Shown in pieces: positions 28,112-30,488 of a stretch of DNA of 30,488 bases; position 1 is the first letter of the stretch; every line of letters begins with the position of its first letter. Both the position numbers and the translations under genes were made by a program. Source of the stretch: a virus (lineage: Duplodnaviria > Caudoviricetes); IMG/VR virus record IMGVR_UViG_3300036987_000016, positions 1 through 30,488 of that record; one strand, given 5' to 3'. The notes beneath the pieces are model-generated. The model worked only from the letters and a program-made list of their open reading frames with translations. It did not search any database and had not been told where the DNA came from.

Positions 28112-28427
28112 CGTCCTCTGTTAAGAATGAAGGTTCTCTTTGGTTTAAATATTGTTTACCCAACCAGATTAACATCGTTGGATTGAGCTTATCTATCGCT
28201 AATTTGATTTGTGATTCGGAGAGTTTTAAACACAATCTTGAATTGCCTTTTTTATAAGCGGCACTAAATTGCTCATTTTCAGCCATATTTCGCTTAATAG
28301 TTTCGATTGAACACTCAAGGTATGATGCCATTGTTTCTTGTGTGGCTTTGAAATATCCCATAAGCTCGACTTGTTTTAAATCGAACTCTAATTTCGGTCG
28401 CCCTGCTTTAGTCTTTGGTATTCTCAT
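28008..28427 (-). CDS. terS: Terminase small subunit
   Basis: GRPK N-terminus, HTH (TQETMASYLECSIETI), NPTMLIWLGKQYLNQ motif. Confidence 0.85.
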   Translation of the reverse strand: MRIPKTKAGRPKLEFDLKQVELMGYFKATQETMASYLECSIETIKRNMAENEQFSAAYKKGNSRLCLKLSESQIKLAIDKLNPTMLIWLGKQYLNQREPSFLTEDDGNKFNDLATLFGKALVQVAGAGRIPSDNNQIQE

Positions 28428-28444
28428 TCATCTTTCTTAAAATG

Positions 28445-28483
28445 AAAAAGCCAACATCCCGCTGCGCGCAGAACATCGGCTTT
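28445..28483 (-). terminator. Intrinsic terminator between the late promoter and terS
   Basis: AAAGCCGATGTTCTGC-GCGCA-GCGGGATGTTGGCTTT stem with several G-U pairs, ending in TTTTT. Confidence 0.65.
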
Positions 28484-28524
28484 ATAAAATATATATTTCG
28501 CAGGATCTATCCTGCTTCGAAGTG

Positions 28525-28553
28525 AATATACAACATTTTTAAATTGATGTCAA
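28525..28553 (-). promoter_or_regulatory. Sigma70-type promoter upstream of the packaging/structural operon
   Basis: TTGACA (28553-28548), 17 nt, TATATT (28530-28525). Confidence 0.75.
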
Positions 28554-28582
28554 GTGAAATGATAACTTATTTTTTATGTGGT

Positions 28583-28627
28583 AAAAATAAATAAACCGCA
28601 GACTCTTTTACAAATCTACGGCTTATT
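28583..28627 (-). terminator. 3' stem-loop / terminator closing the pentamer-repeat RNA
   Basis: AATAAGCCGTAGATT-TGTAAAAG-AGTCTGCGGTTTATT, a 15-bp stem with three G-U pairs that only pair on the minus-strand RNA, then TATTTTT. Confidence 0.75.
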
Positions 28628-28710
28628 GCCTTACCGAACCTTACCTGACCGTACCGAACCTTACCCTACCTAACCTCGCTCCACCTAACCCAACCAAACC
28701 GCACCAAGCC
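28626..28710 (-). repeat. 17 tandem pentamers GGY-NN (constant trinucleotide + variable dinucleotide)
   Basis: GGCTT GGTGC GGTTT GGTTG GGTTA GGTGG AGCGA GGTTA GGTAG GGTAA GGTTC GGTAC GGTCA GGTAA GGTTC GGTAA GGCAA: 14 GGT, 2 GGC, 1 AGC, no indels. Confidence 0.95.
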
Positions 28711-29244
28711 CTATTTAATTTCTTCAAACTTTGTTATCATAAACCTTCCAAACTTCGGACGGAAATCTCCAATTCCAATATATTGCCCAGCATCAGTCAA
28801 GATTTGGTTTATTACATTCATAGGTATTTGTTCGTCCATAACTATAATTTCAAAATCTAATTCCCAATTTTTAAATATCGGACGTTCCCTCATTATGCGT
28901 GAACGGTTAATAATTACAGCTCTTCTGTCAACCTCATAATCTTGAATTTTGTGTGGAATACAATCGGGCTGAATTACTATGGCGCTTTTAAATAAATCCT
29001 TATATGTTTTTTTCCCTCTGCCACCGATTTGATACTTAGCTGCAGACTTAACCATAGCCCCTTCAATATGTGTTGATGGTTGGTAAATCGTTCCATCACT
29101 TAAGCGGTATAAAGCTAATTCCGATTCACCACTAAAATCTCTTTTACCCGATACTTTTTTAGGTGCTTCATCTTGTTTCTCATCAGCAAATCTATGTTGC
29201 AATAGAGAAGCAACTCCTTTAATTGTTACGTTGATTTTAAACAT
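28711..29244 (-). CDS. Solo minimal Cas7/RAMP-like (RRM-fold) RNA-binding protein
   Basis: N-terminal strand INVTIKGVASLLQH, YQPSTHIEGAM (cf. RAMP IPGSSLKG), thumb-like VDRRAVIINRSRIMRERP, WELDFEI, C-terminal Gly-rich loop GIGDFRPKFGRF. Confidence 0.75.
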   Translation of the reverse strand: MFKINVTIKGVASLLQHRFADEKQDEAPKKVSGKRDFSGESELALYRLSDGTIYQPSTHIEGAMVKSAAKYQIGGRGKKTYKDLFKSAIVIQPDCIPHKIQDYEVDRRAVIINRSRIMRERPIFKNWELDFEIIVMDEQIPMNVINQILTDAGQYIGIGDFRPKFGRFMITKFEEIK

Positions 29245-29314
29245 ATCCTTACCTTTAATTTAGTTATTGTTATTATTTTTACTTTCAACTTCTTCTGTTT
29301 TTAATATTCTGTTT

Positions 29315-29503
29315 TTAATCACCACACTTTCCTCTTACTTTGTTCATAAAATATCCCAATGCCTCGATACTCATCCTTTGATAAAATATACTGTGCAATA
29401 ATTCTTTCGCTTTTATCAATTCGCCAGATTCAGCAAGATTATCAACCTCATCAAGTCCATCGTCAATTCTTTTTATTTCTTCTGATATTTGTTTGTCGTC
29501 CAT
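29315..29503 (-). CDS. Hypothetical protein
   Basis: ORF in operon orientation. Confidence 0.6.
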   Translation of the reverse strand: MDDKQISEEIKRIDDGLDEVDNLAESGELIKAKELLHSIFYQRMSIEALGYFMNKVRGKCGD

Positions 29504-29508
29504 TTTAT

Positions 29509-29745
29509 TTATTTCCTATTTGTCTTTATTAAATGTTCGTTCGGTGGAGATGGTAACGGCATCCAAAACATAACATCAATTTCTTTTTCGCAACCGTCAA
29601 AATTCCACGCTTCTTTCCACACACCATCCCGGGCGGAATACTTCCCCAATTCACACGAAACCGATATGCCGTCGGATGAATAAATAACATCCTCGTCCTC
29701 TTCGGGTAATTCTTTTTTGGCATCTCGCCATCTCATATCTGTCAT
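29509..29745 (-). CDS. DUF551-like phage protein
   Basis: W...KELPE...V.FWMPLPSPP signature. Confidence 0.85.
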   Translation of the reverse strand: MTDMRWRDAKKELPEEDEDVIYSSDGISVSCELGKYSARDGVWKEAWNFDGCEKEIDVMFWMPLPSPPNEHLIKTNRK

Positions 29746-29746
29746 A

Positions 29747-29977
29747 TTATTTTTCCTTTCTACTTTTTGGTATTATTAATTCTCTAAAAGATAAATATAT
29801 TTTTTCAATAATAAACTTTAACTCTTCATTCTCTTTCTCCAACTCGGATATACGCTGTTCATTCTCTTTCTGGAGTTCAAAGGTATAGAGAGCAATACTA
29901 AACAATGCTTCGCTTTGCTTACCTTTATCACCACCTACCCAAAATAATATATTGCTCTCAAGCATTTCTCTGGTCAT
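29747..29977 (-). CDS. Hypothetical coiled-coil protein
   Basis: RISELEKENEELK heptads; coupled to its neighbour. Confidence 0.6.
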   Translation of the reverse strand: MTREMLESNILFWVGGDKGKQSEALFSIALYTFELQKENEQRISELEKENEELKFIIEKIYLSFRELIIPKSRKEK

Positions 29978-30097
29978 ATCTTTTTTCTTTCTTAATATAC
30001 AAAATTATTTAATAAAATTCTGTGGCGACAATGCTTTGGGAAGCGGAGGAAGTCCTTTATTCTTTGCAAGGAGGTGTGCAAAGATTCCACAGATAGA

Positions 30098-30253
30098 TTA
30101 ACCATTTTTTCGCCTTGCTTCTTTGATAATCTCCTGCCACTCTTCAACAGTCCTGTTTAATTCAACCTTGACAGGTGGTTTAGTTCTAACCTCATCCTCA
30201 AAACTACGCTTGACTTTCTTCTTTTTGATTTGCTGATAATAATGATGTTTCAT
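30098..30253 (-). CDS. 51-aa basic hypothetical protein
   Basis: MKHHYYQQIKKKKVKRSFEDEV...; AAGGAG RBS; ATGA overlap; below the ORF-track cutoff. Confidence 0.55.
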   Translation of the reverse strand: MKHHYYQQIKKKKVKRSFEDEVRTKPPVKVELNRTVEEWQEIIKEARRKNG

Positions 30254-30471
30254 TTATCTCCTTTTATAAAATGCCACTTTGCAATTATCCATAGTCTTTG
30301 TATCAATGCTCTAAGTCTATGCTTGTTTTGTTCATATTCGAGGTCAAGCCATCCGTCTGCATGCAACATAAATCCACACCGAGCACACTTAGCATGATTC
30401 CCGTCTGGTAACCACAACCACGTTGATAATCCTTTATTGCGTTTACGACAGCGTTTACATGGACACGTCAA
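30250..30471 (-). CDS. Small zinc-ribbon-like protein
   Basis: CKRC...CARC; start uncertain (TTG). Confidence 0.55.
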   Translation of the reverse strand: MTCPCKRCRKRNKGLSTWLWLPDGNHAKCARCGFMLHADGWLDLEYEQNKHRLRALIQRLWIIAKWHFIKGDK

Positions 30472-30488
30472 TTCAGTCCCACATTCTG

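Larger units (their letters stand above)
28583..28710 (-). ncRNA. Putative guide-like ncRNA (GGY-NN tract + 3' hairpin), about 125 nt
   Basis: Non-coding, begins right after the stop codon of the RAMP-like gene and ends in a hairpin + U-tract. Function inferred. Confidence 0.65.

Noticed and set aside
28626-28710. CRISPR array, simple microsatellite or coding repeat as the explanation of the pentamer tract
   Set aside because: There are no 23-50-nt repeats with spacers, the units are not homogeneous, and no credible ORF spans it. A two-tier G-quadruplex is possible but would not explain the strict 5-nt phase with fixed Y.

Overview
A 30.5-kb piece of an AT-rich tailed dsDNA phage or prophage, with almost every gene on the minus strand. 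It is siphovirus-like: tail tube, frameshifted tail chaperones and tape measure are present, and no sheath is seen. Read along the minus strand (right to left) it carries small early/middle genes, a solo Cas7/RAMP-like gene, a late promoter, terS, terL, portal, scaffold, major capsid, decoration proteins, an intein-interrupted MuF-like minor head protein, neck and tail genes, a tail fibre, a secreted-type GH18/FN3 protein, a lysis cassette and a metallophosphoesterase. An early promoter then precedes an RHH regulator, a PD-(D/E)XK exonuclease and an SSB-like gene. Two elements stand out. (1) The 177-aa RAMP-like gene is followed immediately by a non-coding tract of 17 pentamers (GGY-NN) and a 3' hairpin. 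This looks like a compact non-CRISPR RNA-guided system whose variable dinucleotides would encode a target. (2) The intein's middle encodes, on the opposite strand and apparently with its own promoter and RBS, an HTH + Vsr/DUF559-type endonuclease. All calls are from motif reading by eye; no database searches were run.
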